From IMG/VR virus record IMGVR_UViG_3300050010_000596: a stretch of 64,000 nt of DNA. The stretch is one strand, 5' to 3'. The notes under the pieces are model-generated. The model did not search any database. It was not told the DNA's origin and worked only from the letters and a program-made list of their open reading frames with translations. The translations under genes were made by a program, and so were the position numbers. This DNA is from an uncultured virus (IMG/VR IMGVR_UViG_3300050010_000596). Taxonomy: Duplodnaviria > Heunggongvirae > Uroviricota > Caudoviricetes. Below are positions 29,785 to 39,187 of the stretch, piece after piece. The stretch's first letter is position 1. Every line of letters starts with the position of its first letter.

Positions 29785-30270
29785 TTAGCCGCGTTTGGGA
29801 ATCAGAGCCAGCGTCAGGTAGAACTGGAACATCCGTTGGCAGACGTCCAGCGTATCACCGCGCATATCTACGAGGTAGCCTTTCAACACCTCGCCGGGCT
29901 GGAAGCGGAAGGTCAGTGGCGTTCGTCGTACGGCCACGCGGTTCTCTCGATACCAGTTGATGACCTTGCTGATGCCGTCTTCCTGCAAGGGGTCTTGGCA
30001 GTTGTCGTTGAAGGTCACGCCGGAGATTCCCAGCTGACCGATCCGGTCGCCGAACACATACAGGTAGATATGGTTGCCCAGGGTATGCAGGAACTGGTAG
30101 TTGCCATGCTCCTCGGTGCTGACCTTGGTGATCAAGGCCGATAGTCCCTCGAATTCGCCCCAGTTGTCGAACTTGATCTTTACCGTGGGGTTCCATTTGC
30201 ATACGGCAACGGCCCGCCCTCGGTTCTGGAACTCCCCCGCCCCGTCCATGGTAAATAGGGTTACGCTCAT
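29785..30270 (-). CDS. Tail-tube-like initiator protein
   Basis: YQFLHTLGNHIYLYVFGDRIGQLGISG, tube-fold pattern; directly after the tape measure gene. Confidence 0.6.
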   Translation of the reverse strand: MSVTLFTMDGAGEFQNRGRAVAVCKWNPTVKIKFDNWGEFEGLSALITKVSTEEHGNYQFLHTLGNHIYLYVFGDRIGQLGISGVTFNDNCQDPLQEDGISKVINWYRENRVAVRRTPLTFRFQPGEVLKGYLVDMRGDTLDVCQRMFQFYLTLALIPKRG

Positions 30271-33200
30271 TGACTACCCTTTCCTGTGTTCTGTGCGGGC
30301 TCTTGCACACTCTCGCCAGATCCTTCTGCCGAACCGTCGCGCTTCATCTCCATGTGCAGGACTTTGAAGGTCACGGTCCGGGCCGCTGCCGAATCGCCGT
30401 GGTCAGAGGCCACACTATCCTTGTCCAAGCCCAGGGTCTTGGACAGCTCCTGCACTCGGTCGTCGATGTCGATCTCACCCTTGTCGTCCTTGTGGGCTGC
30501 CGAGAAGGCCTCCAGCTTGGCCTGTGCCTCCACCGAAGCACTGCCTTGTCCCTGGGCCAGCGAGACGATCCTGGCCAGGGCGGGGCTCTCTTCCACCATG
30601 TCGGCAAACTCGTCCTTGTCGGTATCCTTGCCTTTGCCCATCAGCTTGCGAACCAGGTCGCTGCCCTGCTGGGCTTGGGCGGTGCGCAGTGCTTCGTTGG
30701 CCTCCGTCTCTTTCTTTTGAGCCCCAAAGAACTTGTGCAGTCGCTCCTTGTCTTCCTTGGCAAGGGGCTTGCCGTTGGCGTCTGTCCAACCGGCGACATC
30801 TTCTTCGTCTACATCGCCGGTTGCCATCTCTTGGAAGGTCGTGCCATGCTCCTTGGCGATCTTGCGGAGGAAGGACCGCTCGTCCTTGTCGCCCGCCCAG
30901 CCCCAGCGTGGACCCTTACCCTCTTCCACGTTCTTGAGGAAGGTCGCCCCGGCGTCCAGCCGCTTGGTGAGGGCCTCGTCTTTGGCCTTGAGGTCCTTGT
31001 CGGTGCCCAGCTTGCGCATGTAGGCGTCAGCTCCGCCCGCTTCGGCCACCGCCTTGGCCCGTTCGGATCGGGCACTGGACATGTCTTGGATAACTTTGCG
31101 TCCGTCCTCTCCGACCGCCATCATGGTCTCGTTGTCGCCCAGCACCTTGGCCGACAGGTCGGCCATTCCCTGGTCTCCCTTGGCGTAGCCCGTCCGTAGC
31201 CGTTCGTTGTGTTCTTTGCGGGCGGCGCGAACCGTCTTCTTTTGCTCGGCGTTCATGTCGCCGCCCTCAACACTCTTGTTGAACTCCTCTTCGTTCAGGC
31301 CCATGGCCTCTTCGGCTGTGAGGCGGCTGCGGAACCGGGAAAGGATACCACCCGAGCCGCCGATGGCAGTGTCCAGCTTCTTCCGGTCCTCTGTGGCCAT
31401 GTAGGACAGATCGGCCTTGCCTTCAGCTCCCAGGGCGGCCTGCTTGGAGACCCAGTTCTGGTCTTTGATCGCCTTCTCCAGTTCCTTCTTCTTGATCGGC
31501 GACTCCACCTTGATCCCGGCGTCCTTGAGCGACTGTCGCATTTCGGTGACGTGCCCCTCCATGCCGGAGATCACACCCGTTAGCTGGTCCATGATCTTCT
31601 CGCGAGCGGCCCCTGGCGGAGCTGCTGCGGCCTGCTGTTGCAGGTCCTGGATCTTCTTCCGGTCGGCTTGTATCTGTTGATAGAGCGGTTCGCCGTCCTT
31701 GGTCTTGGCGTCTACCAACGCATCAGCCAGGTCGCGGCCTTCGATGCCGCCTACCGCCTTGCCCAGCACTTGTCGAATATCGTCGCCGGGTTGTGCAGTC
31801 TGGATGGCGTCGATGGCCCGACGAACTAGCCCGCCCTTGCCCAGCCCGCCCATCGCCTTCTGCACGCGGGCGTCGATTCCGGCCTTGGTGGTGAGCTGCT
31901 GCATCCGCTTCTGGGCTCCCTTGTCATTTTGGGTCAGGTAGTTTTGCAAGCTACCGAAATTGCCTTGGATCACTTCGTCCTGTTCCATCTCCCGATAGAT
32001 GTCGGAGGCCTGGCTTTGAAGGAAGACGTTTTTCTCCTCTCGGGACATGCCACTCAAGATCTTCCGTCCGGCGTCCGAGCCGCCTTCGACTTTGCCTGTC
32101 TCGGCGTTCAGCTTGCCTGCCATCTGCTCCTCGATAGCCCGAGCCATGATCTCGGTACGCCGTCGCGGGTCGGATCGCTGCGAGGCCTTCATGTTGCCCA
32201 GGGCATCCACGGCTGCCCCCGAGATCCCCTTGGTCATTTCGATTCGCTGGGCGTCGAGCTTCTGGCGGTCGGCAGGGGCCATCTTCTGCAACGTCTTCTC
32301 GTCGGGCATCATCGCCCCGTAGATTGCGCCGTTCGCGGTGAAGGCCGTCGCCTCCTTGGCATAGGCCATGAACTCATCTCGCTGGGCGCGCTGGATGTCT
32401 TTGGTGGCCCCGGCCTTGAACACTGCCTCCTGGTTGCCTTCAGTCTGAGTCAGCATGCGCGCCACGCGGTCCTCGCTCATGCCCTTTACACCCGACACCA
32501 TCATCCCGGTGAATTCGCTGCTGCTGAGGTTCTGGATGTGCCCCTGCTTCATCTGCTCGAAGTATTCCTTGGCCTTGTCTCCCTCGGGACCCTTGTTGAA
32601 CATGGTCTTTTCATTGAGCCCCATCTCTGTTTGCATCCGCAGGGCTGTGCCGACTTGCATGGCGGCCGTAGAGTTGGCGGCGCGCAGGTTCATTTGCTCG
32701 CTGCCACGGCGGATCTCGTCGATGTTCCCCAGGCCCCAGGCCTGTACTGCCCCCAATCCTTCCCGTTGGTAAGCACCCTGCATCGCCAGCCCTTGCTGGG
32801 CAGCCTGGCCAGCGAAGGCCTTGTTGACGCCCATTGCCTGGGCCATTTGCGACGACTCGTTTACAGCCATCAAAGCCCCTTCGGGTCCTACGCCTGCCGA
32901 CTTGGCCAGGTTGGCTGTGGTTCGCACCATGTGTTCTACGGTGGCCGGATCGACTTGGGACACGGTACCGCCCGACATCTTGTTGAGCGCCTCGATCAGT
33001 TCGCCCATCGGTGCATCGGGGCGACCTGCTTCGCCGAAGATGTCTTTCATGGCTACGACTGCCCCTTGGTACTTCTTCAAGGTATTGGCGATCTTCTTGG
33101 AGTCGAACTTGTCCAGTTCGGCGGCCACCTCGGTGTTGTTGCTCAAGGATTCCATCTGCTTAGGGTCGAGGCCTCGCAGCGCGTTCTGTAACTCGGCAGG

Positions 33201-33986
33201 AGAGCTGCCTGCTTTGAGTCCCTGCTGTGCCAGGCCCTTGCGGATCGCATCGGAGCCGTGTTGAGTCTCGGCCAGTTCGCTGACCGTGACGGGAGCCGAC
33301 ATCATGCCGCGCGATTGCAGCTCGGCATACATCTGGCCCATGGAAGTAGCACCCATTCCTTCCCGGTCCTTGTACCGCGAGCCGCCGTACAGCTCGTTGA
33401 ATACGCTGGAGGCGATCTGCCCGGACTTCTTGCCTCCACCAGCCAACATGTCTTGACCAGTGACTGAGTCCGCACGCATCTGGTTTCCCCGGAACATACC
33501 CTGACCCATACCCACGGCGCTGCCCCGTTTGCCCATCAGCGAGTCCACGAAGTCGGGAGCGATCATGCTGGCCATGGGCATTGCGGCAGACAGCGCGCCG
33601 GTGGCGGCCGAGGCCGTCTTCTGTTGCTCAGTGCCCCACTGCTCGCCGCTCAAGTTGGCCAGGCCCTGGACAGTGGCCATCATCGACTTCTGGTCTTGAC
33701 CGGCTAGTCCACGCAACATTTCGTCGTGCGCCCCAGTCAATCGCTTCTGCTGGAAGCGGTCGTACATGTTGCGGTCGGTCAGCCCCATGGGGGTCATGTT
33801 CAGAGAGGCCATGATTCCCTGGGCCCCCATTCCCATCGCGATCTGGGCCATGGTGCCCATCACGCCGCCGCCGAAAGACGGAAAGCCTTCCGTGCCGTAG
33901 AACGGCTGGTACTGCTGCGAAGCGGCAGACGGAGGCAGCGGGCTAGCGCCCTGCCCGAGATAGCCGGAGGTTTCGCCCCAAGGCAT
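30267..33986 (-). CDS. Tape measure protein
   Basis: ~1239 aa, helical, rich in Ala/Gly/Met/Gln; follows the chaperone pair; AAGGAG SD before MPWGE. Confidence 0.75.
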   Translation of the reverse strand: MPWGETSGYLGQGASPLPPSAASQQYQPFYGTEGFPSFGGGVMGTMAQIAMGMGAQGIMASLNMTPMGLTDRNMYDRFQQKRLTGAHDEMLRGLAGQDQKSMMATVQGLANLSGEQWGTEQQKTASAATGALSAAMPMASMIAPDFVDSLMGKRGSAVGMGQGMFRGNQMRADSVTGQDMLAGGGKKSGQIASSVFNELYGGSRYKDREGMGATSMGQMYAELQSRGMMSAPVTVSELAETQHGSDAIRKGLAQQGLKAGSSPAELQNALRGLDPKQMESLSNNTEVAAELDKFDSKKIANTLKKYQGAVVAMKDIFGEAGRPDAPMGELIEALNKMSGGTVSQVDPATVEHMVRTTANLAKSAGVGPEGALMAVNESSQMAQAMGVNKAFAGQAAQQGLAMQGAYQREGLGAVQAWGLGNIDEIRRGSEQMNLRAANSTAAMQVGTALRMQTEMGLNEKTMFNKGPEGDKAKEYFEQMKQGHIQNLSSSEFTGMMVSGVKGMSEDRVARMLTQTEGNQEAVFKAGATKDIQRAQRDEFMAYAKEATAFTANGAIYGAMMPDEKTLQKMAPADRQKLDAQRIEMTKGISGAAVDALGNMKASQRSDPRRRTEIMARAIEEQMAGKLNAETGKVEGGSDAGRKILSGMSREEKNVFLQSQASDIYREMEQDEVIQGNFGSLQNYLTQNDKGAQKRMQQLTTKAGIDARVQKAMGGLGKGGLVRRAIDAIQTAQPGDDIRQVLGKAVGGIEGRDLADALVDAKTKDGEPLYQQIQADRKKIQDLQQQAAAAPPGAAREKIMDQLTGVISGMEGHVTEMRQSLKDAGIKVESPIKKKELEKAIKDQNWVSKQAALGAEGKADLSYMATEDRKKLDTAIGGSGGILSRFRSRLTAEEAMGLNEEEFNKSVEGGDMNAEQKKTVRAARKEHNERLRTGYAKGDQGMADLSAKVLGDNETMMAVGEDGRKVIQDMSSARSERAKAVAEAGGADAYMRKLGTDKDLKAKDEALTKRLDAGATFLKNVEEGKGPRWGWAGDKDERSFLRKIAKEHGTTFQEMATGDVDEEDVAGWTDANGKPLAKEDKERLHKFFGAQKKETEANEALRTAQAQQGSDLVRKLMGKGKDTDKDEFADMVEESPALARIVSLAQGQGSASVEAQAKLEAFSAAHKDDKGEIDIDDRVQELSKTLGLDKDSVASDHGDSAAARTVTFKVLHMEMKRDGSAEGSGESVQEPAQNTGKGSQ

Positions 33987-34485
33987 CGTTTCTTCTCCTT
34001 CGTGGCTGACCCGTACGCTCACGGGCGTCGGCCCGCTTCTTGCGATTGGTCAAAATGTCGTCTGCCGAAATCTCACTGGCGTTGTCCGCCGCCTGCTTTC
34101 GCATGGCCGCTGCTGTCGCCGCAATCTTCCGCTGGGTCTCCGGGTCGTCCAGTTTACCCCACTGCCGCTCCCACAAGGTCTGAAGCCGCTTGGCCTCGGC
34201 CGTCTTTTGGGCCTCGTTACTCTCCGGGGTGACCCAGGGCCGCCAGGCAGCCTCCAGCCTCGTTCGCGTCCGTTCCAGTAGTTTGACCACGTCGCCAAAG
34301 AGGTCCGGTTTCAGGTTGGGGATGTTCAGCAGGCTGAGGTAGTAGCTATGGTCGGACTTCAGCTCCTCTCGTCGATTCAAGTCTTGTAAGCCGCCGATCA
34401 GGTACTTCACGCGACGTCGCCAAGCGGGGTCGAAGAACTTTGCTTGGCTAAAGTCTACGATGCCCCTTGTGGCGGCTTCCACCAT
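33943..34485 (-). CDS. Second tail assembly chaperone (gpT-like)
   Basis: ATG overlaps the upstream TGA; lies in the -1 frame of 34485..35639. Confidence 0.55.
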   Translation of the reverse strand: MVEAATRGIVDFSQAKFFDPAWRRRVKYLIGGLQDLNRREELKSDHSYYLSLLNIPNLKPDLFGDVVKLLERTRTRLEAAWRPWVTPESNEAQKTAEAKRLQTLWERQWGKLDDPETQRKIAATAAAMRKQAADNASEISADDILTNRKKRADARERTGQPRRRRNDALGRNLRLSRAGR

Positions 34486-35639
34486 CAAGTGGAGGACGAC
34501 GTCGCTGCCCAGAAATCCGGGTTTGCCGCATTGGCCTCCAGTTTCGATACCAGCCGATTGAAATCGCCGATTACTGCACCGACGTTGCGCGCCATGGTCT
34601 CGGTGCACAAGACGTCGGCGTAGACTGCTGCCCGAATGTCTTTGACAGTGGTGTCTTCGCCTTCACCTTCTTCGCGGCCGTTTGCCCACTCCTTGACCGA
34701 CTTGGGCATATCGTGCACCATCTGCCCGCTGCGCACGTCGACCAGCTGGAGGCAAGCGCGGTTTCGCATCAGCGACTCCCAGAAATCCTTCTCGGTTTGG
34801 ATCTCGCCACGGCGGCGTTCTACGTAGCACTGCCGGTAGCACAGGTCCAATTCGTCTGCCCGCAACGTGCGAGCCGTGATCTGAAGCTGCCCGGCGTACA
34901 GCTCGAAGGTCTTCTGGAAGGGGATGTTCCCCAGGATGGCTTGGAGGAAGTTCTGCTTGTCCACGTCGGTGGGAATGACTGTGTCGGGGATCGTGCGATC
35001 CCAGCCGCAATGCACACACTCGTTGGACTCGGCTTCACTGGCAGTATTGAACGCGGCGTTCGGGGCTTGCTTGGGCACCTCGGTGTCGGTGTAGGTCTCT
35101 TGTTGGCGGTCGTCTACCACAGGGATCGCGGGCGGCGGCGGAGCACGTAAGGCTTGCTCGGCTTCCTGCACTGCGTGGGCCACACTGGGATGGGTGTATT
35201 GTGGTTGAGGCTGGCGGCGGGCCTGCTTCAGCTGTTCAAATTGCGACTGGGCGTCCTTCATTGCCGCCATCGCTTCTATCACCTCACGCTGCTTGGCAGG
35301 TGGCAGCTTGCTGATGTCGGTCTCGGGCGGGATCTCCAGCGGCGGCGTGTCGGGCGGCACCGGCAACGGCATTTCCTCCAGAGACTCCTGGGCGGCCTTC
35401 TGGGCGGTGGCCAGTCGCTGGGCCATGTCGGAGGGGATCGCCATGCCCGGTTGCCATCCGGCCTGCTTGAGCATCTTCGCTTCCATTGGCGTGGGGTTGT
35501 TGATGATGATCGGCACGGCCGCAGGCAGCGGCGGGTTGCCGGTGATGCCAGGGATCGGTCGGGCGGGTGGCGGGACTTGGAAGGCGGCCTTGGTGGGCTT
35601 GGGTGGCAGGCCGTGACGGACGTGGGTAGGTTCAACCAT
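34485..35639 (-). CDS. Tail assembly chaperone with Pro-rich N-terminus and CxxC
   Basis: FQKTFELYAGQLQITARTLRADE pattern; CVHCG; position before the tape measure gene. Confidence 0.55.
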   Translation of the reverse strand: MVEPTHVRHGLPPKPTKAAFQVPPPARPIPGITGNPPLPAAVPIIINNPTPMEAKMLKQAGWQPGMAIPSDMAQRLATAQKAAQESLEEMPLPVPPDTPPLEIPPETDISKLPPAKQREVIEAMAAMKDAQSQFEQLKQARRQPQPQYTHPSVAHAVQEAEQALRAPPPPAIPVVDDRQQETYTDTEVPKQAPNAAFNTASEAESNECVHCGWDRTIPDTVIPTDVDKQNFLQAILGNIPFQKTFELYAGQLQITARTLRADELDLCYRQCYVERRRGEIQTEKDFWESLMRNRACLQLVDVRSGQMVHDMPKSVKEWANGREEGEGEDTTVKDIRAAVYADVLCTETMARNVGAVIGDFNRLVSKLEANAANPDFWAATSSST

Positions 35640-35649
35640 GAGAATCTCC

Positions 35650-38412
35650 TTACGAGGTTTTGACGATCAGGTATTGATCGTCGGGGATAACACGGGTCCA
35701 GCTCTTGAGCTGGGGGGTTTCGTAGGCGGAACCGGAGCCGGAGCCGTGTGGCTTGTCGAGGCCCTTGTTCACGTCGTGGTAGTTCAGATCGAGTTGCAGG
35801 TGGTCCTTGGTCACCTTCCAGGCTGTACGGCCGGGGTGCGGGGTCATCTTCTCCCCTTGGTAGATGATGTCTGGCTCCTTCCAGGTGCCGGGCTTCTGTT
35901 CGCCCAGGCGGGCCAGCTGCTGCCAATAGGTCTCCGGCAGCCACCACTCTTCGGTGTCCATCTGCTTGGCGGTGCGGGGGGCGAACTCTAGCTTCAGCTC
36001 CATCTCATCCGCCCCGATCTTGCCATCGGCCAGGAACGCTTGCTGAATGTGTTCGTCGTAATCCTCGTCGAGTTTGTCGTTCCAATCCTTGAACTGCCCC
36101 AGCACGGTGTCGATATTCTGGTTGACTGTGTCTAACCGGGCCCCATCCAGAATGTCCACCAGTTGGTTGTATTGTGGGGCGTATTCGGTGGCGATGTGGC
36201 CCTTGGCTACCAAGATCCAATCCCGCATCTGGATGCCGTTCTTGCAGATATACAGGCCACCCAGGACTTCATGGGCGGTGGGTGTCATGGCCAAGATGTC
36301 CGAGCGGAAGTGCACCGTCTTCTTGCCTTCGTCCTGGGGGAAGGCGTCGGCGCACCATAGCTGCACGTGGTTGGCCAGTACGCGGCTGTGGGTACGAATG
36401 TCGGCGTTGCCCTCGTCGGCGTCGAGCACGATGTTGCCCCCGCCGATCTTCCCGCCGCTGCTGCCAGTCCGCAGATAGATCTCGTCGGCCAGGGCGGCAA
36501 ACTGCGAATTGCGGGCCTTGACCAGCACGCCCGAGCTTTGCACGTCTTCACCCTGCTTGCCAATGTAGTCGTGCTTAATGGCGGCAGCCTGGCACTCCAG
36601 AAGCAACCGGCCTTGTTGGCCATTGTTGCCCGCCAGGATGTCGCAGTTGTACTCGGCCTTGATTCGCACGTCGTGGTTGGCGGCCGCAATGTCTACGCTC
36701 TGGCGGGCCCGCAGTACCACGTCGTCGCCGCCGTAGGCCACAATGTTGCGGCCGGACTGGAAGTAGATGTCGCCCGGTGCGGAGAGGAACCAGTTGCCAC
36801 CACCGCTCTTCAGCTCTGCTCCGTAGGCATCGCGGATGACGACGCAGCCATCGGGCGTGATGCTAATCCCGGCCGTGGTCTCAAAGTAGTCCTGATCGCT
36901 GTAGCGGCTGTCCACCCAAGCGGTCTTCGGATCGGGCCGCGTGAGGGTGGCCTTGGTCTGGAGGTCGCTGAAGGTGGGCACCTTGAGCAGCGTGGTGAAG
37001 GGTTGAATCTTGTCCTCTTCGGGCAGGTCGAAGTCCTTCTGGTGATAGACGAAGGGGTGCAGGCTCTTCCAGTTGAAGGCGTAGGCCTGAAGGTCGGTCA
37101 GCGCCGCCGCCATCTGGTAGTGCGGCTGGCTGTCCTCGGCCTTGGGGTTGGTCACCTTGTGCTCGGGACCATCGCCCCACTGACTGGCAAACTTGTAGTT
37201 GCCGCCGCCGTCCCAGGGTTGCATGTCGCCGGTCTTCTCATCTTCGATCAGCCGCAGCCGCTTGGGGATGGGGATCAGTATCCGCTTTTGGATGTGGATC
37301 GAGTGGGCGCTGGTCAGGGCGTAGCTGCCGTCGTAGCCGATCTGTTCACGGAACACACCGATGCGGGCGTCGGTGTCGGCGTAGCGGTTCAGCCCGCTCT
37401 TCTTTCCTTGGGGTGGGAGCATCACCTGCCGCATGAAGCCCTGGCCGCAATAGCCCTCGTACTCCTCCGTGCGGTAGAAGGGCATCAGGTCTTCCTGCTC
37501 CGGCTGGACCTCGTACTTGCTGTAGGGCTTTTCGTACTGCACGTCCTTGTCTTCGACTTCGCGGTGCGGTGTGTCGCTGGGACCCCAGGCCCCCATGACC
37601 TGCCAGGGGTAGCCGTTGTAGCCATAGAAGCCGTGCCCTTCCCCTTGGTCGTTGCGGATGACCCGCTCGCTGATGGACGTGCGAATGTCCATGTTGTAGC
37701 CGCAGAGGCGGGCCAGGTGGTCCATGTAGAACAGCCACAGGCCGCAGGTCTCGTCTTGCCGTAGGAAGGCCATGAAGGGGTCGAGGTGGATACCGCCGCC
37801 CGTGTGGGTGAAGCGGCCCCATTCACCCATCGCTGTGGCATCCATGGGGCGGTTGCTGGAGAAGTCCAGGCAGCCCCCTTCGCGCTCCAGCTGCGTCAGC
37901 AGTTGCCAGTAATACTTCTCTCGCTTGAAGCCCACGTTGCTGCCCTGGCTGATCCAGTCGGGCTGCACGAAGTTGCTGTCCTCTACCAGGTCCGGGATGC
38001 AACAGAGGATGACGCCATAGCCCCCGTGGTGCGGTACGTGCACCAGGACTTGGCAGTTAGGTGGCAGCAGGTCGGCCGAGGCGGTGGCCATTGGCAGTGA
38101 GGCCAGCGGCGAACCGCGACAGCAGCCAATGTCGCCCTTGGCTCCGTCCAGGGCCACCTTGTACCAGTTTAGGTAGGGGACGACCTGGCTGATGCGGCCA
38201 GTGTAGATTCCGCCTGTGATGGCCGGGGTGGTCTCGTGGAGGCGGTTGGATTGCCGCTCGTCGTTGGCCATCTCGTGCTGGACGCGAGTACGGCCGGGGA
38301 ATTCTCCCACATACACTTCGAGCTGGCGAGCGCGGTCCTGCTGGTACGGCGGGCGGACGTACATGCCGCTAGGGGTGCTATCATGCTTGCCCGCAACAAA
38401 ATCAGCCATCAA
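35650..38412 (-). CDS. Baseplate spike/hub protein (gp5/VgrG-like)
   Basis: N-terminal OB-fold pattern (GRISQV...YKV...QVLV...GVIL); beta-helix-like repeats (GNWFLSAPGDIYFQSGRNIVAYGGDDVVLRARQSVDI). Confidence 0.65.
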   Translation of the reverse strand: MMADFVAGKHDSTPSGMYVRPPYQQDRARQLEVYVGEFPGRTRVQHEMANDERQSNRLHETTPAITGGIYTGRISQVVPYLNWYKVALDGAKGDIGCCRGSPLASLPMATASADLLPPNCQVLVHVPHHGGYGVILCCIPDLVEDSNFVQPDWISQGSNVGFKREKYYWQLLTQLEREGGCLDFSSNRPMDATAMGEWGRFTHTGGGIHLDPFMAFLRQDETCGLWLFYMDHLARLCGYNMDIRTSISERVIRNDQGEGHGFYGYNGYPWQVMGAWGPSDTPHREVEDKDVQYEKPYSKYEVQPEQEDLMPFYRTEEYEGYCGQGFMRQVMLPPQGKKSGLNRYADTDARIGVFREQIGYDGSYALTSAHSIHIQKRILIPIPKRLRLIEDEKTGDMQPWDGGGNYKFASQWGDGPEHKVTNPKAEDSQPHYQMAAALTDLQAYAFNWKSLHPFVYHQKDFDLPEEDKIQPFTTLLKVPTFSDLQTKATLTRPDPKTAWVDSRYSDQDYFETTAGISITPDGCVVIRDAYGAELKSGGGNWFLSAPGDIYFQSGRNIVAYGGDDVVLRARQSVDIAAANHDVRIKAEYNCDILAGNNGQQGRLLLECQAAAIKHDYIGKQGEDVQSSGVLVKARNSQFAALADEIYLRTGSSGGKIGGGNIVLDADEGNADIRTHSRVLANHVQLWCADAFPQDEGKKTVHFRSDILAMTPTAHEVLGGLYICKNGIQMRDWILVAKGHIATEYAPQYNQLVDILDGARLDTVNQNIDTVLGQFKDWNDKLDEDYDEHIQQAFLADGKIGADEMELKLEFAPRTAKQMDTEEWWLPETYWQQLARLGEQKPGTWKEPDIIYQGEKMTPHPGRTAWKVTKDHLQLDLNYHDVNKGLDKPHGSGSGSAYETPQLKSWTRVIPDDQYLIVKTS

Positions 38413-38531
38413 TCCACCTTCAGTTCAGGTCTGGGCTTAACGCCCTCGGGGCCGGTATCCGAACCCCAAGCCACTGGAGCAGTCGGGGTGTGTGAGCACC
38501 CCAACTGCCCCAGCAATAGCAAGGTGAAACA

Positions 38532-39080
38532 CTAGCTACTAGAAACGTCTCCGCCGTTTCCTTGACCGTACTCGGTGTACTGCACGTTGCTGGTCATAAT
38601 CCGCAAGGATTCGTTGATCAGCATGTCCTGTGCCGAGATGGTGACCCCCAGCGAGGTGATCACGCACATGGCACAGGTGTACGTCACACCTTCCGTGTAG
38701 TTGCCGCTGCTGCTCACACCTTCCGTGTAGTTGCCGCTGCTGCCCACGCAGGACGTCATAATGTTCAAGTCCAAGGTGTTGGTCCTGGCATTGCACAGAT
38801 CGCCATACGTCTGGTAGAACGCGGCCGAGATTGCCTTGGGACCGACGACGCGGTCCACGCTGATTTCGCCACTGGTTCGGCCACCTACGTAGTAGATGGC
38901 TTCGTGGCCCACTTCGTAGAGCCGCGTGATCTGCTGCTGGTAGGCTACGCCGAGCCGCTGGATGAGCAGCCCGATTTCACCGCCATCGTCGCCGATCTTC
39001 GGAAACGAAATGGCGCATTGATCGGCGGCGAAGCCGCCACCGTAAACATCGGTTTTTCGGGAAAAGACGTCCAAAGCCAT
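38532..39080 (-). CDS. Tail tube protein
   Basis: YQQQITRLYEVG...YYVGGRTSGEISVDRVVGP; immediately after the sheath gene. Confidence 0.75.
   Translation of the reverse strand: MALDVFSRKTDVYGGGFAADQCAISFPKIGDDGGEIGLLIQRLGVAYQQQITRLYEVGHEAIYYVGGRTSGEISVDRVVGPKAISAAFYQTYGDLCNARTNTLDLNIMTSCVGSSGNYTEGVSSSGNYTEGVTYTCAMCVITSLGVTISAQDMLINESLRIMTSNVQYTEYGQGNGGDVSSS
38684..38743. repeat. Perfect 30-bp tandem duplication in the tube gene (SSGNYTEGV twice)
   Basis: tcacaccttccgtgtagttgccgctgctgc x2. Confidence 0.95.
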
Positions 39081-39187
39081 TTGAAGGAACCTCCTTGTTC
39101 AAGTCGCGGTTTGCCAACACCGTGACGGTTCAGGGTAAAGCCGACAACCCCTGGGGCTTTGCGGGCCCCAGGGGCAGCTGGGTGGCA

